Origin: Mustelus asterias
Lineage: Eukaryota
Direction: 5' to 3'
Assembly (NCBI RefSeq): GCF_964213995.1
Contig: NC_135827.1
Coordinates: 30,876,001-30,940,000, forward strand
DNA length: 64,000 bases
Below the pieces are notes generated by a model that was not told the DNA's origin, searched no databases, and was given only the letters and a program-made list of their open reading frames with translations. Below are positions 50,833 through 63,614 of the stretch, piece after piece. A program made the position numbers and the translations under genes. Within the stretch, counting starts at the first letter, position 1. Each line of letters begins with the position of its first letter.

Positions 50833-50895
50833 CTCAAAGGCAGCCTGCACCACCTCCTGTCTTTTCCGTTCCACTTCTCGAATATATTCCGCTTC
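50833..50895 (-). CDS. CENATAC: CENATAC exon 5
   Basis: EAEYIREVERKRQEVVQAAFE; 63 nt, AG/GT flanks. Confidence 0.93.
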
Positions 50896-51029
50896 CTACA
50901 GAGAATTGACCAAATGAAAATTTAAAATAATCACTCATAACTGGAGTGAAAAATTAGAGAGAAACAACAGTATCCATTAAACAAGAGTGAGGGAAAACAT
51001 AAGCCTGCCTTTAGACAGAGTCAATATAT

Positions 51030-52217
51030 TCATAGAATGGTAGAATCCTTACAGTGCAGGAGGCCGCCATTCAGCCCATCGAGCCTGCACTGACCACAAT
51101 CCCATCTAGGCCCTATCCCTGAAGCACCATGTATTTACCCTGCTAATCCCCCTGACACTAAGGGTCAGTTTAGCGTGGCCAATCAACCTAACCCGCACAT
51201 CTTTAAACTGTGGGAGGAAACCCATGCAGACATGGGGAGAACGTGCAAACTCCACACAAACCCGAGGCTGGAATTGAACCCGGATCTCTGGCGCTATGAG
51301 GTGGCAGTGCTAACCACTGTGCCTCCCATTATTGGCAACAAGTACACGACAGTATCTGAATGCACCTACAAGCATTAAAAAAGATGAATAGGTTAGCTCC
51401 TTTGTTAAAATAGCAAACAAAAGAATTCCTGCTGAAATTGTTAACAATGACACTACTGTTTTAATGAGATATCAACCAGTGTCTTTGTCATTCATGGATA
51501 CTAAGCCTCTTTGAAGCAATAACCAAGACAGTCCCTTGCAAAACCTCAGCACCAGGAGGGAACAACAGCTGTTTTCTGATCAGAAGTATTCCCATATAGA
51601 TACACATATGGATTAACACAAACATTGCAAAAAAAAATTCAGAGAATTTTATTGCAATCTTGTTAAACATCACTGGTTGTAAGATATACCTTTATATTCT
51701 CAGTGGCCACTTTGGTTTTGAGTAACACGATTAGATTTTCTTGGTTAAAAACTGAACATGCTCCATAATCTAATTATTTAAATGGTTGAGAAAGAGAGGC
51801 TTTGTTAGAGATTAACAACCTTCTTTTACACAACAAACTAACTTTTATTCCGCCCAAATTCTCTCCCATTTTGCTCTCCAATGCTCCCCCAGCCGTACAC
51901 CTCCTGTAGCCAAGTGTGGGGGGGCACAGTGGCACAGCAGTTAGCACTGCTGCCTCACAGCGCCAGAGACCCAGGTTCAATTCTGGCCCCAGGTCACTGT
52001 CTGTGTGGAGTATGCACATTCTCCCCGTGTCTGCGTGGGTTTCCTCCGGGTCCTCCGGTCTCCTCCCACAGTTCAAAGATGTGCGGATTAGGTTTATTGG
52101 CTAATGCTAAATTGGCCCTCAGGTTACGGGGGATAGGGCCTGGGTGGGATTGTTGTCAGCGCAGGCTTGATGGGCTGAATGGCCTCCTTCTGCCCTGTAG
52201 CGATTCTATGATTCTGT
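51030..52217. mobile_element. two HE1 SINEs, tail i (- ~51030-51325; + ~51920-52217)
   Basis: match to SINE consensus. Confidence 0.8.
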
Positions 52218-52399
52218 GAAGTGCGGACAGCCAATCTGCTTCTAAACAGTAAAACATTCAGGTGAATAGACGATACACGGACAAGCCCAGTGATGTTTCC
52301 ACCAATCCTTGCAGACTGCATTTTGGAGCGGCCTTTAGTCTCCAGTCAGCAGCACTCCAGACTGTACAACAACATAGCTGAGTCACAGGAAAAGTGAAA

Positions 52400-52593
52400 G
52401 ATGTGCATGTTTCACACCACCTTTCACAGCCTCAGGACATCCCAAAGTAGCTTTTCAGCCAGTGAAGTAATTTTGAAGTGTCATCACGGTTCTAATGTAG
52501 AAAATGCAGCAGCCAATTTGCAAGCTCCCACAGAGCGACAGAATAACCAAATCTTTTATTTGTGGCTTTGAGGGGAGGGGAGGCGGGGGGGGG

Positions 52594-52624
<31 letters not shown>

Positions 52625-52875
52625 CCTCTGCTCTTCATTGAAATGACTCCATTTCTTTGAAATAGTGCCATGGAATCCTTTACGTCCATCTGAGTGGGGG
52701 GGCAGAGTGTGTCCTTGGTTTAACGCCTCAACTGAAAGACAGCACCCCTGACAAAGCAGTGCACTCTCAGTACTGCAATTTTGAGTGTCAGGGTAGAATT
52801 TGTGCTGAGGTCCCTCGAATAGGATGTGAACTCACAACCCACTGACTCAGGCGAGAACGCTACCCACAGCTGACA
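52400..52875 (-). mobile_element. Deu-domain SINE (DeuSINE-like); more decayed copy ~20610-21065
   Basis: minus-strand gttaaacc...cagatggacgtaaaggattccatggcactattt...gaagagcag, the Deu core as I recall it. Confidence 0.7.
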
Positions 52876-52932
52876 CCTTAATAATAACACTGCATAGAAC
52901 CTCATTCATTTACACCAAGTTAACCTACACAC

Positions 52933-52999
52933 CTGTTTAATATATTCATCCTCCTTCTCTTCATAGTTTTCCACTGCCTTCGCGACAGCTGCTTTGAAC
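52933..52999 (-). CDS. CENATAC: CENATAC exon 4
   Basis: (K)FKAAVAKAVENYEEKEDEYIKQ; 67 nt. Confidence 0.94.
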
Positions 53000-53931
53000 C
53001 TTAAGGAAATAAGACAGTGGAAAGAGAATTCTGAAAAACTGGAAAAATAAATCCTAGTTTTTAATCATTTTAAAGTACATTTTTCGTCTCAGAATTGGGG
53101 ACTTGCCTATTGGAGACCAATTAAGGAAGCAGGTTGGGCCCCATAAACTCTGTAAAAAGCGTACATATCACCCTGCGTAAAGAACATCGAATGGGGAAAA
53201 ACAAAGGAAATGGTTGCCAGCTCACTGAGGCAGTGTAGGTTTGCAGCAGACCTTCAGTAGAGAGCTGGACGAAGTTCGGGCTGAAGCCAATATCACTGCC
53301 TAGAGGAGGTTCTCGTTACCTCACATTCACTGTAGTTTCATGGGACTTATTTTACCCCTCCCATCCATTGACTCCGTCTACACTTCCCGCTGCATCGGAA
53401 AAACAGCCGGCATAATCAAGGACCCCACACACTCCAGACATACTACCACCACCTTCCGTTGGGAAAATGATACAAAAATCTGGGATCACATACCAACCTA
53501 CTCAAGAAAAGCTTCTTCCATTCTGCCATCAGACCTTTGAAAGGACCTACATTATATTAAGCTGATCTTTCTCTACACCCTAGCAATGACTTTTAACACT
53601 ATATATTCTGCACCTTCTCCTTTCCCTCTCCCCATGTACTCTATGAATGGTATGTTTTGTCTGTATAGTGTGCAAGAAACATACTTTTCACTGTATCCCA
53701 ATGTATGCAACAATAATAAAATCAAAACAAATTAAATCCTTGTTGGGGGCACTTAGCAGAATTTTCTAGTATTCCTTTTATCTCCCATTTTATTAAAAAT
53801 ATATATTTTTTGTCCCTTTAAGGGATTGTCAGAATTGACGGTGCATAGGAATCACTGAAGGTTGGGATGCTTGGCTGTAACATGACTGGGATAGACCGGA
53901 TTGACCAGCAAGTCATTTTCTCCCTGTCATA

Positions 53932-54560
53932 GGGGCGGCACGGTGGCACAGAGGTTAGCACTGCTGCTTCACAGCACCAGGGACCCGGATCACTACCTGT
54001 GTGGAGTTTGCACGTTCTCCATGCGTTTGCGTGGGTTTCCTCCGGGTGAATCATAGAATCCCTACAGGACAGAAAGAGGCCATTCGGCCCATCGAGTCTG
54101 CACCAACCACAATCCCACCCAGGCCCTACCCCCATATCCCTACATATTTTACCCACTAATCCCTCTAACCTACACATCTCAGGACACTAAGGGGCAATTT
54201 TAGCATGGCCAATCAACCTAATCCGCACATCTTTGGACTGTGGGAGGAAACCGGCGCACCCGGAGGAAACCCACGCAGACACGAGGAGAATGTGTAAACT
54301 CCACACAGACAGTGACCCAAGCCGGGAATCGAACCCAGGTCCATGAAGCTGTGAAGCAGCAGTGCTAACCACTGTGCTACCGTACCATCCCTATGACCGG
54401 GTGCTCCGGTTTCCTCCCACAGTCCGAAAGACGTGCTGGTTAGGTTCATTGGCCGTGCTAAATTCTCCCTCAATGTACCCGAACAGACGCCAGAGTGTGG
54501 CGACTAGGGGATTTTCACAGTAACTTCATTGCAGTGTGACTAATAAATAAACTTGAACTT
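53932..54560 (+). mobile_element. HE1/V-SINE (tail ii) containing an antisense tail-i SINE at 54049-54396
   Basis: TSD ccgggtg at 54042-54048 and 54397-54403. Confidence 0.85.
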
Positions 54561-55459
54561 TATTTTCACACGCTCTTTGTGGAAACTTGCTGAGCATGAG
54601 TGCAGGACTATATTTCAAAATGGGTTCCCAATTCCCTGTTATTTTTAAAATAAACTCTGGAGTTTTGAAGAGTGAAAGGTGACTTCATTGAAACGTAAAA
54701 GATTCTGAGTGGGAGCTTGAGAAGGTACATACGGAGAGGTTGTTCCCCCTGGCTGAAGACCCTAGAATGAGGGAGCAGAGTCTCTGGATAAGCGGCTGGA
54801 TATTTAGGACAGAGGACAATGGCCTAGTGGTATTATAGAACATTACAGCGCAGTACAGGCCCTTCGGCCCTCGATGTTGCGCCGACCAGTGGTACCAATC
54901 TATCACTAATCCAGAAACTCAGCTAATGTTCTGGGGACCCAGGTTCGAATCCTGCCACGGCAGCTGGTGGAACTTGAATTCAATTTTTCAAAAAATTCTG
55001 GAATTAAGAATCTACTGATGGCCATGAAACCATTGTCGATTGTTGAAAAAAAACCCATCTGGTTCACTAATGTTCTTTAAGGAAGGAAATCCGCTGTCCT
55101 TATGTGGTCTGGCCTACTCGTGACTCCAGAGTCACAGCAACATGGTTGACTCTCAACTGCCCTCGGACAAGTAGGGATGGGCAATAAATACTGGCCAGCC
55201 AATAACACTCATGTCCCATGAACGAATTTTTAAAAAAAGGAGAACTTTCTTCACTCAAGATGCTCAACTATTGAGCATCTTAAAGGCCGAGATTGATCAG
55301 ATGTTTGGAATCTTAAGGGGTTAAGGAAAGCAGACAGGAAAGTGGAGTTGAGGTTGAAGATGATTGTATTGAATGGCCTTTCCTCTCGTTTCTACAGTTG
55401 CGCAAGATCAATTTTAGATAATAAAAATATTGATTGCCGAGTCGAAATCCACCACTTAC

Positions 55460-55558
55460 TTCTCATAAGCATCGCCAGACAGCAGAAACTTGTCTTTCAA
55501 TTTAATATCTGCTTTGTTTTCCCACCAGAATGTGTTGGTTTGCTTCAAGTGTTCTGGG
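55460..55558 (-). CDS. CENATAC: CENATAC exon 3
   Basis: (S)PEHLKQTNTFWWENKADIKLKDKFLLSGDAYE(K); 99 nt; gtaagt donor. Confidence 0.96.
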
Positions 55559-55736
55559 CTACACAAGAAAGTCAAAAGGTTAGCGTTTAAAAGGACAATC
55601 ACAGCAGCTGAGATACAAGTCAGATCGATGAGTGCAGCATTGGTTGTCAGTAGCAACCACTGAATTTGTCCTTCGCTACAGCAGGAAATTCTTTATTCTA
55701 CAATGGAATGAGGTGGGAGAAGAGATGATTCAGTAC

Positions 55737-55903
55737 CTTACAAAGTGTTCCAGCAGTCCTCCATACAGCACAGCCAGGCTCTCATTGGTGATGTGTTTCT
55801 TCACCTCTCTCTTGCAGCAGTAACACCAGAAGTTCTGCTCGTGCTCTGTGAAGTCATATCTCTCCACTTTCACTTCTTTAAGGAACTTCTGAGCATCCTC
55901 TAC
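55737..55903 (-). CDS. CENATAC: CENATAC exon 2 (second zinc finger); exon 1 not found in window
   Basis: VEDAQKFLKEVKVERYDFTEHEQNFWCYCCKREVKKHITNESLAVLYGGLLEHFV(S); exons 2-11 splice in frame to 286-288 aa. Confidence 0.95.
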
Positions 55904-56032
55904 CTGGGGGATTAACAGCCACCACTTTCAGAGGAAACTTCGCTGCTTTGGTGAACCTTCTCTAGATTATGCTCAAGCAAATTCACATTTTACAAAAAAG
56001 AGATGGAACCTTTTGAAAGCCCGTTAAATAAT

Positions 56033-58731
56033 GGGACGGCACGGTGGCACAGTGATTAGCACTGCTGCTTCACAGCCCCAGGAACCCGGGTTCCATTCCC
56101 GGCTCGGGTCAGTGTGGGGAATTTGCACGTTCTCCCCATGTCTGCGTGGGTTTCCTCCGGGTGCTCCGGTTTCCTCCCACATTTTGAAAGACATGCTGGT
56201 TAGGTGCATTGACCCGAACAGGCGCCGGTGTGTGGCGACTAGGGGAATTTCACAGTAACTTCATTGCAGTGTTAATGTAAGCCTTACTTGTGACTAATAA
56301 ATAAACTTTAACTTTTAACTTTAAATATCTTCCTGCCAGGTTCTTGATTTAAGTGCAATTCTGTTTGTTGAAAACTTGCAAGACAAGTATCCCTCCCTTT
56401 GTCCCACTAAACATCACTTACACTTTCACAAACGGATGATAATGGAAGAGTAAGAGACGATTTAATCAAACAATCCCGATAGTGCAGAAGAGGCCATTTG
56501 GCCCATCGAGTTTGCACCGACTCTCTGGTCGAGCATCTCATACAAGCCCTTTCCCCCACCCTATCCCTATAACCCCACATATTTACCATTGCTAATCCAT
56601 CTAACCTACACATCTTGGGACATTAAGGGGCTATTTAGCACGGCTAATCCACCTAACCTGCACACTTTTGGATTTTGGGAGGAAACCCACACACGCAGAC
56701 ATGGGGAGAACGTGCAAACCCCAGACAGTCACCTGAGGCCAGAATTCAACCTGGGTCCCTGGAGCTGAGAGGCAGCAGTGCTAACAACTGTGCCACCCCA
56801 AAGGGTTTAAGATGTTTAAACATATTTGCTAGGGTAGATACAGAGAAACGATTTCCAAACAAATATAACTTGGCAGTTCAGTGAACGCTGTCATTCACAC
56901 AAAGGTTGTGGAAATCTGAAACTTTCCCATCTCCCAAGGTGTTGGGGTGTGCATGTGTGGGTGGGTGTGGGGGGGGAAGAGAGAAGAGAAGAGGTGGGGG
57001 AGGATCAATTGAAAATGTCAACAGTACAGATGGAAAAGATTTTGTTAGGCACAGTTACTAAACCAAGGCAGTAAAATGGAGTCTTATCCACAATCACATT
57101 GAATACAGAATAGCTTACACTTCATCTTATCCCTGGGCATACTAACAGCATTGAAGAGTTCAGGATGGGACTTCATGATCATGACTATCACAAACTTGAT
57201 TTGTAGTGTTTATTCTCATTGAGAGCGTGGCACGAGATGGAGAGCATGGGTAGGAAACCCATGAAATCATTTTGGATCACAACAGTAAGAGGGTGAACAG
57301 TTAAAACAATTCATTGTTCACCCAACGGCCTGTTATCCTACATTACTTCACACACCAGCTCACATTTCTGTTGCCACAGATGAGGCTTAACCTTAAAAAT
57401 GGACTTTTCACAACACACACAATAGAATATTCGGAGCAAACCCAAATTATAATGAAGTGTTATCCTCTATTAGTTAATAATAGATTTGGTTGACCTACAT
57501 TCTTGTAGGCACAATGCTGAGTAATGACTTTGCAACTGGCTACACATTGATTAAGGTACATTAAGAGCTTTCAGGAATGTTAATTTGCTTGTGTAAACAA
57601 AAAAATCAAATAACCCAAATTACAATTTTAAAACAAAACAATGCAGAAGGTGGTTTTAAACATAATTTTAATTTAAATGGCTGAAAATCCAATTTAAGAA
57701 TTTCAAATTGACAAGACTAAACAACAGGGAAAAAAATACAGCTACTGGGTACAGAGGCAAACTATTGCCCTCAACGCAAGTGAAATGTGCAGTTATGCCT
57801 CACAGATCGCACTGCTGCAAAGGCGTCGCGGTCACTTCTTCCTGCAAACACTAGCATTATATTTATCAATTATGATCGGAACATAAAGTGGCAGAGTTGA
57901 TTATATCCTGAAGGGCGGCACAGTGGTTAGCACTGCTGCCTCACAGCACTAGGGACCCAGGTTCGATTCCCGGCTTGGGTCACTGTCTGTGTGGAATTTC
58001 TCCTGTGGGTTTCCTCCAGGTGCTCCGGTTTCCTCCCACAGTCCAAAGATGTGCGGGTTAGGTGGATTGGCCATGTTAAATTGCCCCTTAGTGTCAGAGG
58101 GACTGGCTAGGGTAAATGCATGGGGTTATGGGGGATGGGGCCTGGATGGGATTGCGGTCAGTGCAGACACGATGAGGACTCCTTCTGCACTGTAGGGATT
58201 CTATGTTAGCAGTGAATGGTTGAGCCAGACTGCAATACTATAGTTTATGATATGCCACCAATAAGTATTGGTTTTAGGTTCTACCGTTGGATGATGTCAC
58301 TGGGCAGAGTTTTTAATTATATTTTAGTCATGGGTGGCTGACGATGCCCGTGTTTATCACCCTTTCGTGGGGTGAGCCATCTTCTTGATATGCTGCAATC
58401 TGTGTGGTGTAAGTGGTGTGGTGTTAAAACAGTCACGGCCCACAGACATCAGTCACACAGCAATTGGGAGCAGTACTTTTTTTTCAAAAACATGATGAGA
58501 ACACAGCAGCATTTGTTACATAATGATGAAAAAGTGAAACACCGTGTGCCTTTCTGTATCTGATTTCAACTGTCAACGCAAGAGAGCTCAAAATTTTCAA
58601 GGCACGGCCACCAATGATCTTTTAGTGGTATTGATGAGAGTGGCAGCAGGGTGGCGCAGTAGTTAGCACTGCTGCCTCACAGCTCCATAGACCCGGGTTC
58701 AATTCCGGCCTCGGGTCACTGTCTGTGTGGA
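56033..58731. mobile_element. region containing four HE1/V-SINEs (+ ~56033-56320, - ~56465-56800, + ~57913-58205, + ~58640-58731 cut by the gap)
   Basis: match to SINE consensus. Confidence 0.75.
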
Positions 58732-58931
58732 NNNNNNNNNNNNNNNNNNNNNNNNNNNNNNNNNNNNNNNNNNNNNNNNNNNNNNNNNNNNNNNNNNNNN
58801 NNNNNNNNNNNNNNNNNNNNNNNNNNNNNNNNNNNNNNNNNNNNNNNNNNNNNNNNNNNNNNNNNNNNNNNNNNNNNNNNNNNNNNNNNNNNNNNNNNNN
58901 NNNNNNNNNNNNNNNNNNNNNNNNNNNNNNN
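58732..58931. other. assembly gap (200 N)
   Basis: run of N; true size and relative orientation of the flanks unknown. Confidence 1.
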
Positions 58932-59177
58932 CCTACGGCTCCCCCTACCCCATCCATAACTTTGAGTCCATCCAAACATACACTTCCCGTACAACACAAG
59001 AACCGCTAGAAAATCTCAGCAGGTCTGACAGCATCAATGTTGGCTCTATTCTATCTCCACTGATGCCGTCAGACCTGCTGCGATTTTTTAGCATTTTCTG
59101 TATTTGTTTCAGATTCCAGTATCCACAGTATTCTGCTTTACACTTCCCGTATCCTGATTCGGATCCTGTTCACCTTG

Positions 59178-60659
59178 TGTTATAATTCAGGTCAGAAACT
59201 CCAAAAGGTTCTATGAAGTCCGCCTGGATCATAAGTTTTTGCACTTTGAATTTGGCTAGGGTGAGCAAGAGATATTTCACTTCAGGTATGATTCAAATGA
59301 CCCACTGGGGAGCTTTTATTCAAACAAAGTTTATTTAAGAATATAGTTAACATGTATAGAAAGAAAATTAGCAATAACCTTTACCAATTACAAACAAGAA
59401 AAAAAAATTATGATATAGTATAATCCTTAATGAATACAGGAAATGTCCCAATCAAACCAAACCCATAAACAAAACCCTTTCCACAGGTTTAACACAGCAA
59501 AATACAAAGGTCACGTGATGCTGAAACTTAGTCCTTTGAACAAAGAACAATACAGCACAGGAACAGGCCCTTCGGCCCTCCAAGCCCGCACCGCTTCCTG
59601 GTCCAAACTAGACCATTCTTTTGTATCCCTCCATTCCCACTCCGTTCATGTGGCTATCTAGATAAGTCTTAAACGTTCCCAGTGTGTCCGCCTCCACCAC
59701 CATGCCTGGCAGCGCATTCCAGGCCTCCACCACCCTCTGTGTAAAATATGTCCTTCTGATATCCGTGTTAAACCTCCCCCCCCTCACCTTGAACCTATGA
59801 CCCCTCGTGAACGTCGCCACCGACCTGGGAAAAAGCTTCCCACCGTTGACCCTATCTATGTCTTTCATAATTTTATACACCTCTATTAGGTCACTCCTCA
59901 TCCTCCGTCTTTCCAGTGAGAAAAATCCCAGTTTACCCAATCTCTCCTCATAACTAAGCCCTTCCATACCAGGCAACATCCTGGCAAACCTCCTCTGCAC
60001 TCTCTCTAAAGCCTCCACGTCCTTCTGGTAGTGTGGCGACCAGAACTGGGCGCAGTATTCCAAATGCGGCCGAACCAACGTTCTATACAACCGCAACATC
60101 AGACCCCAACTTTGGGTGGAGAATTGAAACTCTGACTTCCCAGTCTTAGAATTTCTAGCAGCCCGCTTGATATACACGCAGAACAGCTCCAAATCAGAAC
60201 AGCTTCCCAAAACACCAGGGAGAGAGACACTCTGGGCAAGCCAACCGCCAACAGCAGAGTTTCCAATCCAGGAAGGCCAGGAACCTTGCTTCCAGTGAGC
60301 CAGCAGAATTTCCAAAACCAGGGAGGGAGAGAGAGAGAGAAATGCTGCTTTCAGTCTGATGGTCATCCCCTTCTAAACTCAAACTGAAAGTAAGTCCTTG
60401 AATTCTTCCGGGGAGGAACCACCTGACTTTGACCTGTCAATCAATCTTCCCTCTCATAATGCAGGATCATAAAACAAACCCCAGAACGTACCTGAGGCCC
60501 CAAGTAAGAAGAAACAAAACCCAATTTAAGCCATTGAAGCAGCAATAAAAAGACTTCTCGCAGACAGCCGGTGCCACAATGGAAAAAACTGAAGCTGGGA
60601 TAGCTACAGAGAACAGGATTTAAAAAAAAAAAAATTCTTAAAGGTACACTAATGTCACA
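59178..60659 (-). mobile_element. probable solo LTR interrupted by a CR1
   Basis: TG...CA ends (tgttata / tgtcaca), minus-strand AATAAA near 59315-59335, ttg(tg) flanking duplication. Confidence 0.5.
59539..60109 (-). mobile_element. CR1 3' fragment inside the LTR
   Basis: [19 protein letters not shown]...; TSD ctttg at 59534-59538 and 60110-60114. Confidence 0.88.
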
Positions 60660-61007
60660 TTGTGAGTTCATTAGCTAACTTCCAGTCCCCTAATGCCTCG
60701 ATTTTAAAATTCTCCTCCTCCTATTCAAATACCTCCATTGCCTCTCCCCTCCTAAACTTTGTGAATACCTCCAGCCCTACAACCCTTTGGGTGCTCCTCC
60801 AATTCTGGTCTCTTGCACAACCCTGACCTTCATTGCCCCATCCGCTGCCTAGGCCCTAAATTCAGGAACCCCTTCCCTGATCCTCTCTCTCCTCCTTCAA
60901 GACTCTGCGTAAAACCTTTTTCACCAAGCTTCTGATCACCTAACATTATCTTCTTTAGTTTGTTGTCAGCTTTTATTTCGTCTGAGTACACTCCTGTGGG
61001 CATAATT

Positions 61008-61585
61008 AGGGTTAGCACTGGCTGCTTCACAGTAAGAAGTCTCACAACACCAGGTTAAAGTCCAACAGGTTTATTTGGGAGCAAATACCATAAGCTTTCG
61101 GAGCACTGCTCCTCGAAGGAGCCGTGCTCCGAAAGCTTATGGTATTTGCTACCAAATAAACCTGTTGGACTTTTAACCTGGTGTTGTGAGACTTCTTACT
61201 GTGTTCACCCCAGTCCAACGCCGGCATCTCCACATCATGACTACCATGCTTCACAGTGTCAGGGACCCGGGTTCAATTCGAACCTCGGGTGGCTGTCTGT
61301 GTGGAGTTTGCACGTTCTCCCCATGTCTGTGTGGGGTTTCCTCCGGGTGCTCCGGTTTCCTCCCACAGTCCAAAGATGTGCAGGTTAGGTGGATTGGCCA
61401 TGCTAAATTTCCCCTTGATTCCCAAAGATGTATAGGTTAGGAGGATTAGTGGGGTAAGTATATGGGGGGGGGGGGTTATGGGTATAGGGCGGGAGGGCGT
61501 GGGCTTGGATAAGATGCTCTGTCGGAGAGTTGGTGCAGGCTCGATGGGCTGAATGGCCTGCTTCTGCATTGTAGGGATTCTATGA
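61008..61585 (+). mobile_element. HE1 SINE (tail i) interrupted by a family A Penelope foldback at ~61034-61246
   Basis: TSD tgcttcacagt at 61023-61033 and 61247-61257. Confidence 0.85.
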
Positions 61586-61665
61586 TGTTTCATTGCATTG
61601 GGTGTGTTGATTAAGGTTTTTGGTGTTGTACATTCACCCCTGATTCCATACACCCCTTGTTTTAG

Positions 61666-61730
61666 ATGAACTTGAAGAGGACTCACAGGAAAGCAAGCGG
61701 TCAACTCTCAAATCGGATAAGACAAATCGG
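61666..61730 (+). CDS. candidate internal coding exon of an unidentified gene
   Basis: ccccttgttttag acceptor, gtaaac donor, open frame xELEEDSQESKRSTLKSDKTNR. Confidence 0.4.
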
Positions 61731-63139
61731 GTAAACTATATGTTAACTGTGTGCTTTCTGTCATTGAGACCCTCCCGTTCTCTGCCTCCGCCTCCATCAA
61801 TGCAAATTAGCCACAGAGTGTCAGATATGTGATAGGCCGATGCTGCGGATGCTGATATTTCTGAAATGGAAGAGGAGATGCTCGGAAATTCAGGCAGCAT
61901 CTGTGGAGAGAGAAACAGTTAACATTTCAGATCAATGACCCTTGATGAGAGCGGGGCACTGGGCGGAGTTGAGCCATGAGGCTAATCCCCTGATCTGACT
62001 GATGAGGAATCCAACTCTTCAGTCTTGAAAGGTGGGGCAGAATGTTTTTGGCCCCCGGGTAATGGGAACGGAGGGCGTACGTGTTTGGTAGAATATCGGG
62101 GAGCAGTTCAGGGATGATTCCCCAAAGCAGCCCTGGGGAATGTTCCCAGTGGCAGGCTGCAAGACGGGTCAGCTGCCCGCTCCGAGGGCAGATAATTAAA
62201 GGCCCTATTGAGGGGCTTTTCTATCTGGGACCACCGGCATTTTGTCCAGTATTCTGCCCCTCTCGTATCTCAGCCCCCTCCTCCTTTAGCTTTATGGGGT
62301 CTTTCTCCTTGTTGTAGTCCAGGGGTAGGGGGACGGGAAGTGGTGAGCATCAGAGCCAGAGGTTCCATGGCCCAGAGAGGGGACAGGGAAAACACAATTA
62401 GGAGCAGAATTAGGCCATTCGGCCCATCGACGCCCTTGCCGCTCAGAATGCTGTCCAACCCAGCCTTGAGTATATTCAATGATGGTCTCCTCTGCTCTCT
62501 GGGAAGGAGAAATCCAAAGACCAACAGCCTTTGGAAAGAATATTTTTCTCTTTACGTTGGTCTTCAGAGTCTGTCAGATCCTGCCACCTCTCCTCAGTAG
62601 GGCTCCCCCTCTAGCCCGCGCCGATCCCCGAATATTTTTCAGTGAATTTGCTTGCCCTGGAGGTGCCCTGAGTTTGCGAATCTGGCCCAGCCGCGTCTAC
62701 CTCTCCTGGTGGGGCTGCCGGATCTCTGAATGGGCCTGTGGCGTGGATGGCCTTCTCTTAACATTATGGCAGACCTGCAGGCGGCAGGTTAGGAGGCTGC
62801 CCGGGGTAACATTGCTGAGGCGCTCCCTCTGTCGGGAATTTTGGGCTCAGGATACACTTGGTAGTAAAATTCAGCTTGTGGTATCTGAGTGGTGATCTTC
62901 TGCAGGTTACTATCTGTTGTACCTTTTTTCAAGGTACATCTAGAATATAAATTTGAATTAAATTGCAAAAGATGTAAGCTGCCACCAAGGATCATTTAGA
63001 AATGATTTTTGGATGTTGCAAGGAGCTCAGGGTGATTGTGAATGAACAAACTGAGGTGGCCTATATTTATCTGTGACCTCTTACTGTCGGAAGTTTATAA
63101 AATATCATTCCCTCTGTTCTTTTTAATTTTCCTTTATAG

Positions 63140-63174
63140 TCTGAAGAATCTCTTCTGGATCCTAATGACCAATC
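63140..63174 (+). CDS. candidate internal coding exon of an unidentified gene
   Basis: long pyrimidine tract + tatag, gtaagt donor, SEESLLDPNDQ(S); in phase with 61666-61730. Confidence 0.5.
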
Positions 63175-63614
63175 GTAAGTAGTGAACTGATTATGTGTAC
63201 TAGCAAATTGATGCACCAACTCTCCCCTTGCTCGTGTCCCTCTTCTCCTGATGTTGTCTCCATCCTCTCTCCCAGCTCTTGTCTCTCCCTCCCCCTGTCT
63301 TCTTTTCGCCACCCCCCCCACACCCCCACCACTATCTCCCAGCAACACAAACAGTTATGACTTTAGTTACCAGGCTTGTTCTAGTTGGTCTCTATGGCCA
63401 ATCTGCACATTAGTTGAGTTATTTACTCATTATATCGGCAGGGTGGGTGATTGGGGGTTGATTTCTGCTTAATGGCTCAGAAACTCCAGTGCTGAACCAT
63501 GCCAGGCTCGACCCCTGGTATGTAGTGAGATAGCTGACCTTCAGGAAGTTCTGGTGGCCTACGTGAAACCTGGGTTAAAGTGGGGAGAAATTCAGTTTGG
63601 CCTGAGATGCTTGC

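Noticed and set aside
55731-55745. Competing donor TTT/GTAAG 5 nt upstream of the CENATAC exon 2 donor
   Set aside because: Would frameshift and has a poor exonic match compared with AAG/GTACT; no evidence of use.
57780-57845. QQCDL segment after an AG as CENATAC exon 1 zinc finger
   Set aside because: In-frame TGA follows and there is no second Cys/His pattern or promoter context.
58622-59185. ORFs spanning the N run
   Set aside because: Artefacts of the assembly gap.
62907-62934. 28-nt cag/gt segment as a third orphan exon
   Set aside because: Including it between the two candidate exons creates an immediate stop.
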